This document shows positions 37,188 through 46,663 of a DNA stretch of 64,000 nucleotides, in pieces. Below the pieces are notes generated by a model. The model made no database searches. It had not been told where the DNA came from and was given only the letters and a program-made list of their open reading frames with translations. The translations under genes and the position numbers were made by a program. Every line of letters begins with the position of its first letter. Position 1 is the stretch's first letter. Location: NCBI GenBank assembly GCA_018396995.1, contig JAGTQB010000002.1, positions 71,495 to 135,494 on the forward strand. Reading direction: 5' to 3'. Source of the stretch: Candidatus Bathyarchaeota archaeon (GTDB lineage Archaea; Thermoproteota; Bathyarchaeia; Bathyarchaeales; DTEX01).

Positions 37188-39542
37188 TTATCTTGGCTTT
37201 TTTCTCATGAAATAGACTGTAGTTGCCATGAAGATTATGGTTAAAGCTATGAAAGCGAATGCTATATACTGCCAAGGTTTCAGTTTCTCATATTCTTGCT
37301 GAAGAGCTTGGTGAATAGATTGGAGTTGCTTATAACTTGCGCTTAAAGAGTTATAGCTTGCTTTAAGCCCGCTAATCTCTGATTGCAACCCGCTATATTC
37401 TGACTGAAGTTGCTTAAACCTTTGGTTAAGAGTGTTATACTCATTCTTTAAAGTAGTGTAATTGAACTGAAGATCCTTATAGCTCTGCTGTAATGCAGCT
37501 AATTGTGTCTGAAGGTCAGAGTACTCATCCATTAATGTGGCGTAATTTAACGAAAGCTCATCATATTTTTGCTTTAAATCAAGGTATGCTTGGCTTATAT
37601 CGAACTCTATAACTCTTACTGTATCAGAGCCTTCGAAGGCGAATTTTCTTCCGTTTTGCTCGAAAATCGCTGTTACTGTGAATATTATGTTCTCTTTAGG
37701 TTTTATGTTTATTAAGTTCTGTGGGTTAAACTTAGCTATCACTACTCTACCATTCATAGTAAAATTAATGCTTACCGCTGCGGCTCCCTCACAAGTTATT
37801 ACCGTGAAATTTTGTACATTATAGCCCTCAGGTATTCTAATGAAAGCTGTAAAGGTTTCCCTACTGCTAAGGTTAATTGTCTTTGGCACTATATGTACCT
37901 CAGCAGGAATCAACTCAACACCTATGTAGTTCTGGGCGTCATCGATACTGCCCTTTCCAATATATCTTGCAACCAACGGATAAGGCGGAATTAAGAATGT
38001 TCTAGCAGTCAGATTTAATTCGGGATCGGCTCTCCGGGAAAGTATAAGGCAGCTCGGTTCAATTCCATTTTCAACCCAGTCGATAAGCGCCTTAAAAAGA
38101 GGACACGTTGGATCATACCAAGTAAAAGTGGGTCCTATACTTCCTACATGAGTTAGTCCAGGGATCATGTACAGCCTATAAAACTCTTTAACAGACTCCT
38201 CACCCATAAAATTCACAACACTTTCATAGTAAGCAATTGATTGATATGGTGTGACGAGCTGATCCGCCCACCCATGCCAATGAATAATCTTACCACCCCT
38301 TTCCTTAAAAGCCCGAAGGTCAGGATTAACGGCATTAACTTTCTCTGCGAGGTCAGGTCTTAATCTAAATGGGTCAACATCAAAGTTAAATGTTCGCCAA
38401 TCCCACTCAGGCCCAAACCGTGGTTCAGTAGCCATGTATTGCCATAGGCTTCCACCGAGACTAAGACCAAGATTAGGTTGACCAATAACCCAATATGCCC
38501 AATTGCTCATAATTCCCCCGAAAATGTGGCGCATGAGAGCTTCTCCTCCCACTGGTGTGCCATAAAAGAGCTGAAAGCCCCATGAAGTCCTCGGCCCCTC
38601 ATATATCTTTGCCAAGCTTTCCCTTTGTTCTGGGGTAAAGTAGTAGCAATAAGGGGGTACGGCAAGGTCAACTATTGGATCAAACTTGCATTTACGTGGG
38701 TCGTCTATTAAATTATCTATAAGACCGTCAACGCTATCGCATTTCTCATAAACCGCCTTGGCAAGCATTGATAGACTCTCAACTGGAATAGCTCCGGGTC
38801 CAAGTAACGCTGCATGCGCGTTCCATATATCTTGTAGTGCTTCCCACGTTATATTAAGCACTGGCATGCCAACAAGAATCCCATTAAAGATTTCCGGAAA
38901 CATTTGTGCCATCTTTAGGCCTTCTCGACCACCATTAGATGCTCCAATAAAGTAGGAATAAAGCGGTTCACTGCCATAATACGCCTCAATAACCTTTTTC
39001 GCTAGAACCGCATTTTCGTAGGCAGCTTTATAGCAGTAATGCTCCTCTTTTTGTCTCCAATATGGATTGGGTTCATCTCGAATTCCCGGAATTGGGTCAG
39101 GATAAGCATATGTTGCACCGGGTTCTTTTGTTGCTTCATGACCTTGATTATTTGCCGCAACTGCATAACCCATACTTAAAGCAGGCAACATTGCAGGTTC
39201 ATTAAGCATGCCCCCTAAACCACCGCCACCTATCTGAATGTAGCGGCCATTCCATTTCTCAGGTACAGGAAGTTTAATCACAAATCTAGTCTCTGGCCAT
39301 ATAACCCCCTCAATGCGAACGTGCTCTGGCACACCCGGCATGTCTGTAATTAATTCCGCGGATAATATTGTAACTGGGTTACCTTCTGTATCCGTTAATC
39401 CAAGGGATTCGAAGTACTCTTTTAAATCATTTTTTGTGCTTGCAGCTAAAGAAGCGCGTGGAGCTAGACTTAAAAGCAAGACAACAAGTACGATAGATAT
39501 TCTATAATTATTAGTATTTATTTTCATTGGCATAACACCCAT
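37188..39542 (-). CDS. secreted tannase/feruloyl-esterase-family hydrolase with coiled-coil stalk and C-terminal TM anchor
   Basis: Signal peptide. GASNGGREGLKMAQMFPEIF matches the GCSxGGRxG nucleophile region of the tannase/feruloyl esterase family. About 120 aa of YxxLQ-type heptads, then one TM. Confidence 0.7.
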   Translation of the reverse strand: MGVMPMKINTNNYRISIVLVVLLLSLAPRASLAASTKNDLKEYFESLGLTDTEGNPVTILSAELITDMPGVPEHVRIEGVIWPETRFVIKLPVPEKWNGRYIQIGGGGLGGMLNEPAMLPALSMGYAVAANNQGHEATKEPGATYAYPDPIPGIRDEPNPYWRQKEEHYCYKAAYENAVLAKKVIEAYYGSEPLYSYFIGASNGGREGLKMAQMFPEIFNGILVGMPVLNITWEALQDIWNAHAALLGPGAIPVESLSMLAKAVYEKCDSVDGLIDNLIDDPRKCKFDPIVDLAVPPYCYYFTPEQRESLAKIYEGPRTSWGFQLFYGTPVGGEALMRHIFGGIMSNWAYWVIGQPNLGLSLGGSLWQYMATEPRFGPEWDWRTFNFDVDPFRLRPDLAEKVNAVNPDLRAFKERGGKIIHWHGWADQLVTPYQSIAYYESVVNFMGEESVKEFYRLYMIPGLTHVGSIGPTFTWYDPTCPLFKALIDWVENGIEPSCLILSRRADPELNLTARTFLIPPYPLVARYIGKGSIDDAQNYIGVELIPAEVHIVPKTINLSSRETFTAFIRIPEGYNVQNFTVITCEGAAAVSINFTMNGRVVIAKFNPQNLINIKPKENIIFTVTAIFEQNGRKFAFEGSDTVRVIEFDISQAYLDLKQKYDELSLNYATLMDEYSDLQTQLAALQQSYKDLQFNYTTLKNEYNTLNQRFKQLQSEYSGLQSEISGLKASYNSLSASYKQLQSIHQALQQEYEKLKPWQYIAFAFIALTIIFMATTVYFMRKKPR

Positions 39543-39827
39543 TTAAGTTTTATCCAAAAAAGATAAAAAGTTTTCTTTTTTTCCCTTGGCATAAGTTCCT
39601 CATTGAATTTTAGTTCTATAAAGCAAGCTTTAATGAAAATACTTTAGTCATACTGAATTGTCGCCTTTTATTCCTCTCCATCAGAAATGTTATATGGGGT
39701 TAAAGGTGAAGGGAAGCGGAATTGAGAATGAGAGATAAACTCTGCTAGCTTTTTAATTCCATTCTAATTAGTGTTTTGTAATGCATAGATTTTATGCTGC
39801 CGGCGCTGGGAGATGAATTTAATTAAA

Positions 39828-40355
39828 TCATTTTGCTAGCGCCTTAGCTATGGCTTCACCGAATTGGGATGCTGCCTCAGGCCCTCTTGCTGTTATCACT
39901 TTCCCGTCTACTGTTACTGGTTCTCCGGTATACTTGGCTCCTTTTGCCCTTAAATTTTCAGCCTCGCTTGGGAAGGATGTAGCCGATTTTCCTTTGAGTA
40001 TGCCCGCGTTTGCCAGTATTGATGGTGCTATGCATATTGCGGCTACAACTTTCCCTTGCTCGTAGGCTTCTTTCGCTATTTTTAGAGCTGTTGGATCATT
40101 AAAGTAGGTTGATGAGCCGACTCCTCCAACAAAAACTATTGCGTCATAGTCCTTGACGTCAACTTTATTTATATCAATATCCACATTTGCGACTGTGCCG
40201 AACATGCCCGTAGCCCTAGTAACACCTTTAGAGGCTACGGTAATCTTTGCATTCATGCTTCCTAGGATTTCTTTAGGCTTTAAAAACTCTTCATCTCTAA
40301 AGTCCTTTGGGGCTATTATTAATAAAACCCTTTTCCCACTTAAACTCATGACCAT
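39828..40355 (-). CDS. DJ-1/PfpI-family protein (intracellular protease I-like)
   Basis: YDAIVFVGG...AAICIAPSILA nucleophile-elbow Cys. Confidence 0.9.
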   Translation of the reverse strand: MVMSLSGKRVLLIIAPKDFRDEEFLKPKEILGSMNAKITVASKGVTRATGMFGTVANVDIDINKVDVKDYDAIVFVGGVGSSTYFNDPTALKIAKEAYEQGKVVAAICIAPSILANAGILKGKSATSFPSEAENLRAKGAKYTGEPVTVDGKVITARGPEAASQFGEAIAKALAK

Positions 40356-40498
40356 TATCCTCCATAAATGGATGAACGATATTAACTAGAGCGTTTACAG
40401 CTTAAATAATTTGTGTCACTTGATACATCATTAAAAGTCCCCCTTTACTCGCGAAGACTTATATCCAATCCTCCAATTATTTACCAGAGGGTGAGATA

Positions 40499-43048
40499 TT
40501 GGCAGAAGAGGTTGTTATTAGAAAGATTGGTTGTCATGCAGGGGAGCCAGGCTGCGGCTTACGTTGCGGATTGCTGGCTTATGTCGATAAGAGAACTGGG
40601 AAGCTTCTAAGGGTTGTGGGTAACCCGGAGCACCCCATAAGCCGGGGCTACGTTTGTAGTGAAAGAGTAAGTCACATGATTGACTTTATTTACCATCCGG
40701 AGCAGTTGAAGCATCCCCTTAAGCGTGTAGGTGAGAGGGGTTCAGGGGAGTGGCAACGGGTGTCTTGGGAACAGGCTCTTGATGAGATATCTTTAAAGAT
40801 AAAATACCTGATAAAAGAGTATGGTCCTGAATGTATAGCTATTGTTGAGGGGACTTACAGGACAGATCTTTATTGGGCTAGATCCAGCTTCCTCTTCGCT
40901 ATAGGTAACCCCGGCAACGTTTCATCTCCGGGAACATCATGTTCAATGAATGCCACAGCCCTACAACACTGCATCTTCGGCGCTAGAACAGATGCCGACA
41001 TATTAAACGCAAAGTGTATAGTGAATGATGGCAGAGATTTTCCGAACTCTGGCCCACTTCAATGGCATAAATTGATGGAGAGGAAGAGGCGCGGCGACGA
41101 CTTTATTCTCATAGTTATAGACCCGTGCCGCACAATACCCGCTAAAAACGCTGACTACTGGATTCAGCTTAGACCCGGAACGGACGCGGCTATTTTCTTG
41201 GCGTGGTTAAACGTGATCATTAGGGAAAATCTCTATGATAGAAAGTTTGTTGAGAGGTGGTCGAATGGCCCGTTGCTCTTAAGAATTGATAGGGATTGGT
41301 GGTTAACTGAGCAGGATATTGTTAAGGGAGGTAGGAGTGATAGGTATGTTGCTTGGGATAAGAGGAAGAGATGTCCGATTATATGGGATCCTGTGAGACA
41401 ACAATTTTATAGCCTTAATGGGGAGCCTATACCAGACGATGAGGTTAAGGTTGAGCTCGAGGGATACTTCGAAATTGAGGGTATCGATGGAGTGCCCATG
41501 AAATGTAAAACGGCTTTTACGGCGCTTAAAGAGAGGGTTATGGAGTATCCGCCAGAGAAAATGGCTGAGGTTGCGTGGGTCCAGAAAAAGTTGCTTGAGG
41601 AGACTGCTAGAGTCTATGCTACTACAAAGCCTGCCTGCATACAGAGGGCGTTACCTACGGATCAGCTTGGGAGGGCGGCTTCATCTATTGAGGTTGCAAG
41701 AGCCATGTTGAAGATATTAACGGGGAATATAGATGTGGTGGGCGGCGACTTACTAAATCAGCCCGGCCCAATAATTGATGGTAAAATGTTCATAAGAGAT
41801 TCCCTTCTCGATTACCAGGATCACGTTACACCTGAGGTAAAAAAGAAGATGCTTGGTGCCGACATGTTTCCGTTAATGGCGTGGCCCATGTTTGACCTCA
41901 TTAAGCCTCATTTCAAGAGGGTTTGGAAGATTAATCCATGCGCTTCAAGCCACATGCTCGGTGTACCATGGCCAGTGTTGGCTCGGGCAATACTTACCGG
42001 AAAGCCATATCCAATAAAGTGTTTAATTGTTTGGACTGGTAACCCGGCAGCCTGGGCACCAAACACAAAGCTTGTCTACGAGACTTTATGTAGCCCTAAC
42101 CTAGAGCTTACGGTCGTGATAGATAGGTGGATGACTCCAACGGGCGCCCTAGCAGACTATGTTCTGCCAGCGGTCACAAAATCCCTTGAGAGACCATACG
42201 TGAGCACCCATGAAGACTTATCACCGAATGTTGTGGTATGGGAGAGAGCTATTGAACCATTAGGTGAAAGAAGAGATGAATACTGGATCTTTAGGGAGCT
42301 TGCCAAAAGGTTGTTGCCCGAGGAAAAATGGAGAGAAGTCTTTCCATGGGAGACGCTTGAAGAATTCTATAACTGGAGATTATCCTCAATAGGCTTAACG
42401 CTGGATAAGGCTAAGGATCTATACACCATCTCAACATGGACCCAAAAGAGCTATGAGCAAATAAACCCTGAGACAAATAGGCCTAGGGGATTTGCAACTC
42501 CAACTGGTAGGGCTGAGATCTGGGTTACGATCTTCAGACAATTGGGCAGGAGCCCCCTGCCATACTATGTGGAGCCATATGAGAGCCCTGTATCTCAGCC
42601 TGAGCTGGCGGAGGAGTATCCGTTAATACTTGGTACTGGCAGAAGGTTTAGGCCCCAATTCCATTCTGAGCTGAGGCAGTGGGGGATGGGTTTGCGTGAA
42701 CAGCATCCAGAGCCGTTGGTTGAGATACACCCCAAGACCGCTAAGGAGCTGGGAATATGTGAAGGGGATTGGGTTTGGATTGAAACAAAGAGGGGTAAGA
42801 TAATGATGAAGGCGAAGATTACAAGCGATATACATCCAAAATGCATTAATGCTGAGGCGAGCTGGTGGTATCCTGAGCTTCCAGGGGACAAATACTGGTG
42901 GTACGGCAACTTTATATCAAATGCTAACGTTTTGGTTCCAGACGATCTGGAAACATTAGATCCGTACACTGGTTCTTGGCAGGCTAGGGCCCTCTTATGT
43001 AAAGTTTATAAAGTAAGGGGCTTCACACCATTCATGCAGTCTCCCTAA
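40499..43048 (+). CDS. molybdopterin (bis-MGD) oxidoreductase catalytic subunit
   Basis: N-terminal Cys group (CHAGEPGCGLRC...GYVC), MGD-binding domains and a C-terminal beta-barrel (VEIHPKTAKELGICEGDWVWIETKRG). Confidence 0.85.
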   Translation: MAEEVVIRKIGCHAGEPGCGLRCGLLAYVDKRTGKLLRVVGNPEHPISRGYVCSERVSHMIDFIYHPEQLKHPLKRVGERGSGEWQRVSWEQALDEISLKIKYLIKEYGPECIAIVEGTYRTDLYWARSSFLFAIGNPGNVSSPGTSCSMNATALQHCIFGARTDADILNAKCIVNDGRDFPNSGPLQWHKLMERKRRGDDFILIVIDPCRTIPAKNADYWIQLRPGTDAAIFLAWLNVIIRENLYDRKFVERWSNGPLLLRIDRDWWLTEQDIVKGGRSDRYVAWDKRKRCPIIWDPVRQQFYSLNGEPIPDDEVKVELEGYFEIEGIDGVPMKCKTAFTALKERVMEYPPEKMAEVAWVQKKLLEETARVYATTKPACIQRALPTDQLGRAASSIEVARAMLKILTGNIDVVGGDLLNQPGPIIDGKMFIRDSLLDYQDHVTPEVKKKMLGADMFPLMAWPMFDLIKPHFKRVWKINPCASSHMLGVPWPVLARAILTGKPYPIKCLIVWTGNPAAWAPNTKLVYETLCSPNLELTVVIDRWMTPTGALADYVLPAVTKSLERPYVSTHEDLSPNVVVWERAIEPLGERRDEYWIFRELAKRLLPEEKWREVFPWETLEEFYNWRLSSIGLTLDKAKDLYTISTWTQKSYEQINPETNRPRGFATPTGRAEIWVTIFRQLGRSPLPYYVEPYESPVSQPELAEEYPLILGTGRRFRPQFHSELRQWGMGLREQHPEPLVEIHPKTAKELGICEGDWVWIETKRGKIMMKAKITSDIHPKCINAEASWWYPELPGDKYWWYGNFISNANVLVPDDLETLDPYTGSWQARALLCKVYKVRGFTPFMQSP

Positions 43049-43119
43049 AAGCCACATGCAAAAATCTTATCAAAGGGTACTGCTCTCTCCTAAATTGATA
43101 GACGGGGTTAGAATAGACT

Positions 43120-43767
43120 GTGGGTGAATGCGGAGGGCAGAGAATTTTAATAAAGTTTTATAGTGAGAGGACGGGGAAATTTTATAGGCTTGTTGAGACT
43201 AGTACATGGCCTTACCTTGAAATATCTGGCATACGCATGCATAGGGCTGATGATGTTGACCCTAAAACTGATGCTATACTAAAGATTAGGGCTTTGGGGA
43301 GGATTTTCGGTTCAGTTCTTGATTGCTGCACTGGCTTGGGTTATACAGCCATTTTGGCGGCTAAAGCCAAGAATGTTAGGGAGGTAATAACCATTGAGAA
43401 GGATGAGAACGTCATATTTATTGCTAGGCAAAACCCATACTCAAAGCCGCTTTTCGAGAATAAGAAGATTCGTCTCATAGTTGGCGACGTAATGGATGTA
43501 ATAAAGGAGTTTGAGGATGAACACTTCAATTTCATTATTCATGATCCTCCTAGAATAAGTATTGCTCCAGAACTTTACTCACTAAACTTCTATAAGCAAC
43601 TCTTTAGGGTTCTTAAGGATGGTGGGAGAATGCTCCATTATGTTGGGAGACCAGGAGAGAGACAGGGGAAAAACTATCTTAGGGGTATAGCTGAGCGGCT
43701 CCGGCTCGCGGGCTTTAAAAGAATTAGAAAGGTTGATTATGCCTTGAGCCTAATCCTCGAGAAATAG
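43120..43767 (+). CDS. class I SAM-dependent methyltransferase (DPPR motif)
   Basis: VLDCCTGLGYTAI (motif I) and IIHDPPR (motif IV of N-methyltransferases). Confidence 0.65.
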   Translation: MGECGGQRILIKFYSERTGKFYRLVETSTWPYLEISGIRMHRADDVDPKTDAILKIRALGRIFGSVLDCCTGLGYTAILAAKAKNVREVITIEKDENVIFIARQNPYSKPLFENKKIRLIVGDVMDVIKEFEDEHFNFIIHDPPRISIAPELYSLNFYKQLFRVLKDGGRMLHYVGRPGERQGKNYLRGIAERLRLAGFKRIRKVDYALSLILEK

Positions 43768-43843
43768 TTAAAAGTCTTGTTATATGCTATTTTACCTGAT
43801 AAGCGTTAGAAAGAGAGAAGATTTAAAGAGATGAACTAGGAAA

Positions 43844-44563
43844 ATGAACGTGTTTGTCCTCGGCCCAGCCGGATCCGGAAAAAGCCTCTTTGTAAAAAAC
43901 TTCTCAGCATACTTAATTGATGAAGGCTATAGGGTTAGGTTGGTGAACCTTGATCCCGGTGTCCTTGATCCAGGATATGAACCCGACTTTGATATAAGAT
44001 CTCTATTCACTGTGGAGGGTATAATGCGGGAGAAGAAGCTTGGGCCAAATGGTGCGATACTTGAAGCCATGAGTAGACTGGCTAATATAGATCTGCCAGA
44101 GTTTATGGATGCTGATTACATATTATTTGATACTCCAGGGCAACTAGAACCCTTTCTCTTTAGGGATACTGGGAAAATAATTGTCGGCAAATATGTAGAT
44201 GCGTGCTGCCTATTCCTAGGCGACCTCCCGGCTCTCCGGGGGAACCTGACAAGCTTCTTCCTATATGCATTGGCTGCACACTACACTCTTGGAGCAGACA
44301 CTATAGCCATATTAAATAAAGTTGATCTTCTATCAGATGAAGAGGTAAATGAGATCAGGGAGATTCTCAGAAGCCCTGAGGTTCTCCTCGGAAAGAAGCC
44401 GTCTAATGTTAAGGAGGAAATGGATATAGAGCTCTTAAAAACCCTGAGACAATTCTTTCCCCCAAGGAGGGTTCCATTGATATCCGCTAAAACCGGCGAA
44501 AACTTCAGTGAGGTCCTAACAATCCTTTATGAAATTAAGTGTGTATGCGGCGACCTAACATAG
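43844..44563 (+). CDS. GPN-loop GTPase
   Basis: GPAGSGKS P-loop, LGPNGA GPN motif and DTPGQLE. Confidence 0.85.
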   Translation: MNVFVLGPAGSGKSLFVKNFSAYLIDEGYRVRLVNLDPGVLDPGYEPDFDIRSLFTVEGIMREKKLGPNGAILEAMSRLANIDLPEFMDADYILFDTPGQLEPFLFRDTGKIIVGKYVDACCLFLGDLPALRGNLTSFFLYALAAHYTLGADTIAILNKVDLLSDEEVNEIREILRSPEVLLGKKPSNVKEEMDIELLKTLRQFFPPRRVPLISAKTGENFSEVLTILYEIKCVCGDLT

Positions 44564-44621
44564 AGAAATAGAATAATCTTTAATAATTTGCCCGCAATTT
44601 AATTGATAAACTAAGCTTAAG

Positions 44622-45194
44622 GTGATGGAGCTTATGGTTCTCGTTGAGGTTCGTTGGCATGGTAGAGGTGGTCAAGGTATAGTAACTGTCAGTAGAATTC
44701 TCGCCCAAGCAGCTCTCCTCGATGGAAAGTACGCCCAATCCTTCCCAGAGTTTGGTCCTGAGAGAAGAGGTGCTCCAGTAACTGGTTATACTCGAATTTC
44801 CGACGAGCCAATACTCATACATAGCCAAATATATAATCCCAATATAGTAGTCGTTGTTGATCCAACTCTCATAGGAAAGGTTGATGTTATTAGGGGTTTG
44901 TCGCCCAAGGGCTTAGTCGTAGCGCACGCAAGTAGGGGTCCAGATGAACTAAAGAAGATCCTGGGCGTGAGCGACGTGAGCGTATACACCGTTGACGCCA
45001 TGAAGATAGCGCTTGAGGTGCTGGGTAGACCGATATATAACACGGCTATGTTAGGAGCCCTTCTAAAGGCTTACCCATTAGTTACAATGGACTCTCTAGT
45101 TAAGGTTATAAGGGAAAGATTTCCTGGAGCAGTTGGCGAGAAAAATGTTGCAGCAATAAAGAGGGCTTATGAGGAGGCTATCGGGGTTGAGTGA
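44622..45194 (+). CDS. porG: 2-oxoacid (pyruvate/ketoisovalerate):ferredoxin oxidoreductase gamma subunit
   Basis: GRGGQGIVTVSRILAQAAL...FGPERRGAPV. Confidence 0.85.
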   Translation: MMELMVLVEVRWHGRGGQGIVTVSRILAQAALLDGKYAQSFPEFGPERRGAPVTGYTRISDEPILIHSQIYNPNIVVVVDPTLIGKVDVIRGLSPKGLVVAHASRGPDELKKILGVSDVSVYTVDAMKIALEVLGRPIYNTAMLGALLKAYPLVTMDSLVKVIRERFPGAVGEKNVAAIKRAYEEAIGVE

Positions 45195-45207
45195 GACTGG
45201 AAGAAAG

Positions 45208-45477
45208 ATGGGGTGGAAGGAACTGCCGATAGGCGGGTACCTGCTTGAACCAGGTTCATCAATGAAGTATAAAACTGGAGACTGGAGGGCCTTTAGACCA
45301 ATTATAGATCAAAAGAAGTGCGTGAACTGTCTTTTATGTTGGATATATTGCCCGGATGGGGCCATAATTAGGCTTGAAAAAAATGTTGACGTAAACTATG
45401 ATTATTGTAAGGGCTGTGGCATCTGCGCGAATGAATGCCCTGTGAAATGTATATCCATGGTCGAGGAAAAATGGTGA
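45208..45477 (+). CDS. porD: 2-oxoacid:ferredoxin oxidoreductase delta subunit (2x[4Fe-4S])
   Basis: CVNCLLCWIYCPDGAI and CKGCGICANECP. The ATG at 45208 (MGWKELPIGG) is preferred over the frame-maximal 45169. Confidence 0.85.
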   Translation: MGWKELPIGGYLLEPGSSMKYKTGDWRAFRPIIDQKKCVNCLLCWIYCPDGAIIRLEKNVDVNYDYCKGCGICANECPVKCISMVEEKW

Positions 45478-45482
45478 TTTTT

Positions 45483-46661
45483 ATGGCTAAGGTTATGGGT
45501 TTAACTGGAAATGAAGCAATAGCCTACGCTGTTAAGCAGTGCAATGTGGATGTTGTAGCGGCTTATCCAATTACCCCACAGACCGTGATGGTTGAAGTGA
45601 TAAGTGAATACATTTATAATGGCGAAATGGACGCCGAGTTCATATGCGTTGAATCGGAGCACTCTGCGATGTCTGCATGTATAGGCGCGAGTTTAGCTGG
45701 CGCAAGGGTTTTTACTGGAACAGCAAGCCAGGGCTTAGCGTTGATGCATGAGATGCTTTATATTGCTTCTGGACTTAGGTGCCCAATAGTTATGGGGGTT
45801 GCCAATAGAGCCCTCTCAGCACCACTTAACATTCACGGAGACCATTCAGATATGATGGGTTCCAGAGATTGTGGCTGGATACAAATATATGCTGAAAACG
45901 TTCAAGAGGCATATGACTGGACGATCCAGGCATTCAAGATAGCTGAGGATCCAAGGGTTCTACTGCCAGTAAGCGTCAATATTGACGGCTTTATATTGTC
46001 ACATTGCGTTGAGAACGTTTTCGTCTTAGAGGACGATGTTGTTGCGAGATTTCTCCCTCCAAGGAAGCCCCTTATAACAATTGATCCAACAAACCCCATC
46101 ACTGTTGGGGCAATGTGTCTCCCAGACTACTATTTCGAGGTAAAGTTCCAGCAGTTTCAGACATTAAATGAGTCTCTTAAGGTCATACGTGAAGTTACTA
46201 AAGAATATGAGAGTTTATCTGGGCGGAAATATGATGTCTTAGAGGCATATGCCATGGAGGATGCTGAAGCAGCAATCCTATGTATAGGTAGCACTGCCGG
46301 AACCGCGAAGGAGGTTGCTAAGGGTCTTAGGAGGGAGGGGAAGAAAGTTGGCGTAGTGAAGCTATGGGTGTATAGGCCTTTCCCGCAAGAGGATTTGATT
46401 AAGGCCTTGGGAGATGTAAAGGCTCTAGCTGTCCTCGATAGGGCTTTTAGTTTCGGAGCTCCCTTCAATGCACTTTGTAGCGATGTTATATCAACATTAT
46501 ACAAATATAGGAAAGATATAAGGGTATTTAACTGCGTTTATGGCTTGGGTGGAAGGGATATAACTCCCATGGAAATTAGGGGCATCTTTGAGGAGACCTT
46601 AGAGATCGCTGATACTGGCAGATTAAAGGAGTATGTTAGGTTTATAGGGGTGAGGGAGTAA
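45483..46661 (+). CDS. porA: 2-oxoacid:ferredoxin oxidoreductase alpha subunit
   Basis: MAKVMGLTGNEAIAYAV...AYPITPQT. Alternative ATG at 45471 overlaps the porD stop. Confidence 0.9.
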   Translation: MAKVMGLTGNEAIAYAVKQCNVDVVAAYPITPQTVMVEVISEYIYNGEMDAEFICVESEHSAMSACIGASLAGARVFTGTASQGLALMHEMLYIASGLRCPIVMGVANRALSAPLNIHGDHSDMMGSRDCGWIQIYAENVQEAYDWTIQAFKIAEDPRVLLPVSVNIDGFILSHCVENVFVLEDDVVARFLPPRKPLITIDPTNPITVGAMCLPDYYFEVKFQQFQTLNESLKVIREVTKEYESLSGRKYDVLEAYAMEDAEAAILCIGSTAGTAKEVAKGLRREGKKVGVVKLWVYRPFPQEDLIKALGDVKALAVLDRAFSFGAPFNALCSDVISTLYKYRKDIRVFNCVYGLGGRDITPMEIRGIFEETLEIADTGRLKEYVRFIGVRE

Positions 46662-46663
46662 AG

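Noticed and set aside
40499-43048. Checked the molybdopterin enzyme for an in-frame TGA (selenocysteine) and a twin-arginine signal
   Set aside because: The ORF is continuous without an internal TGA, and the N-terminus (MAEEVVIRKIGCH) has no RR motif. Neither feature is present.
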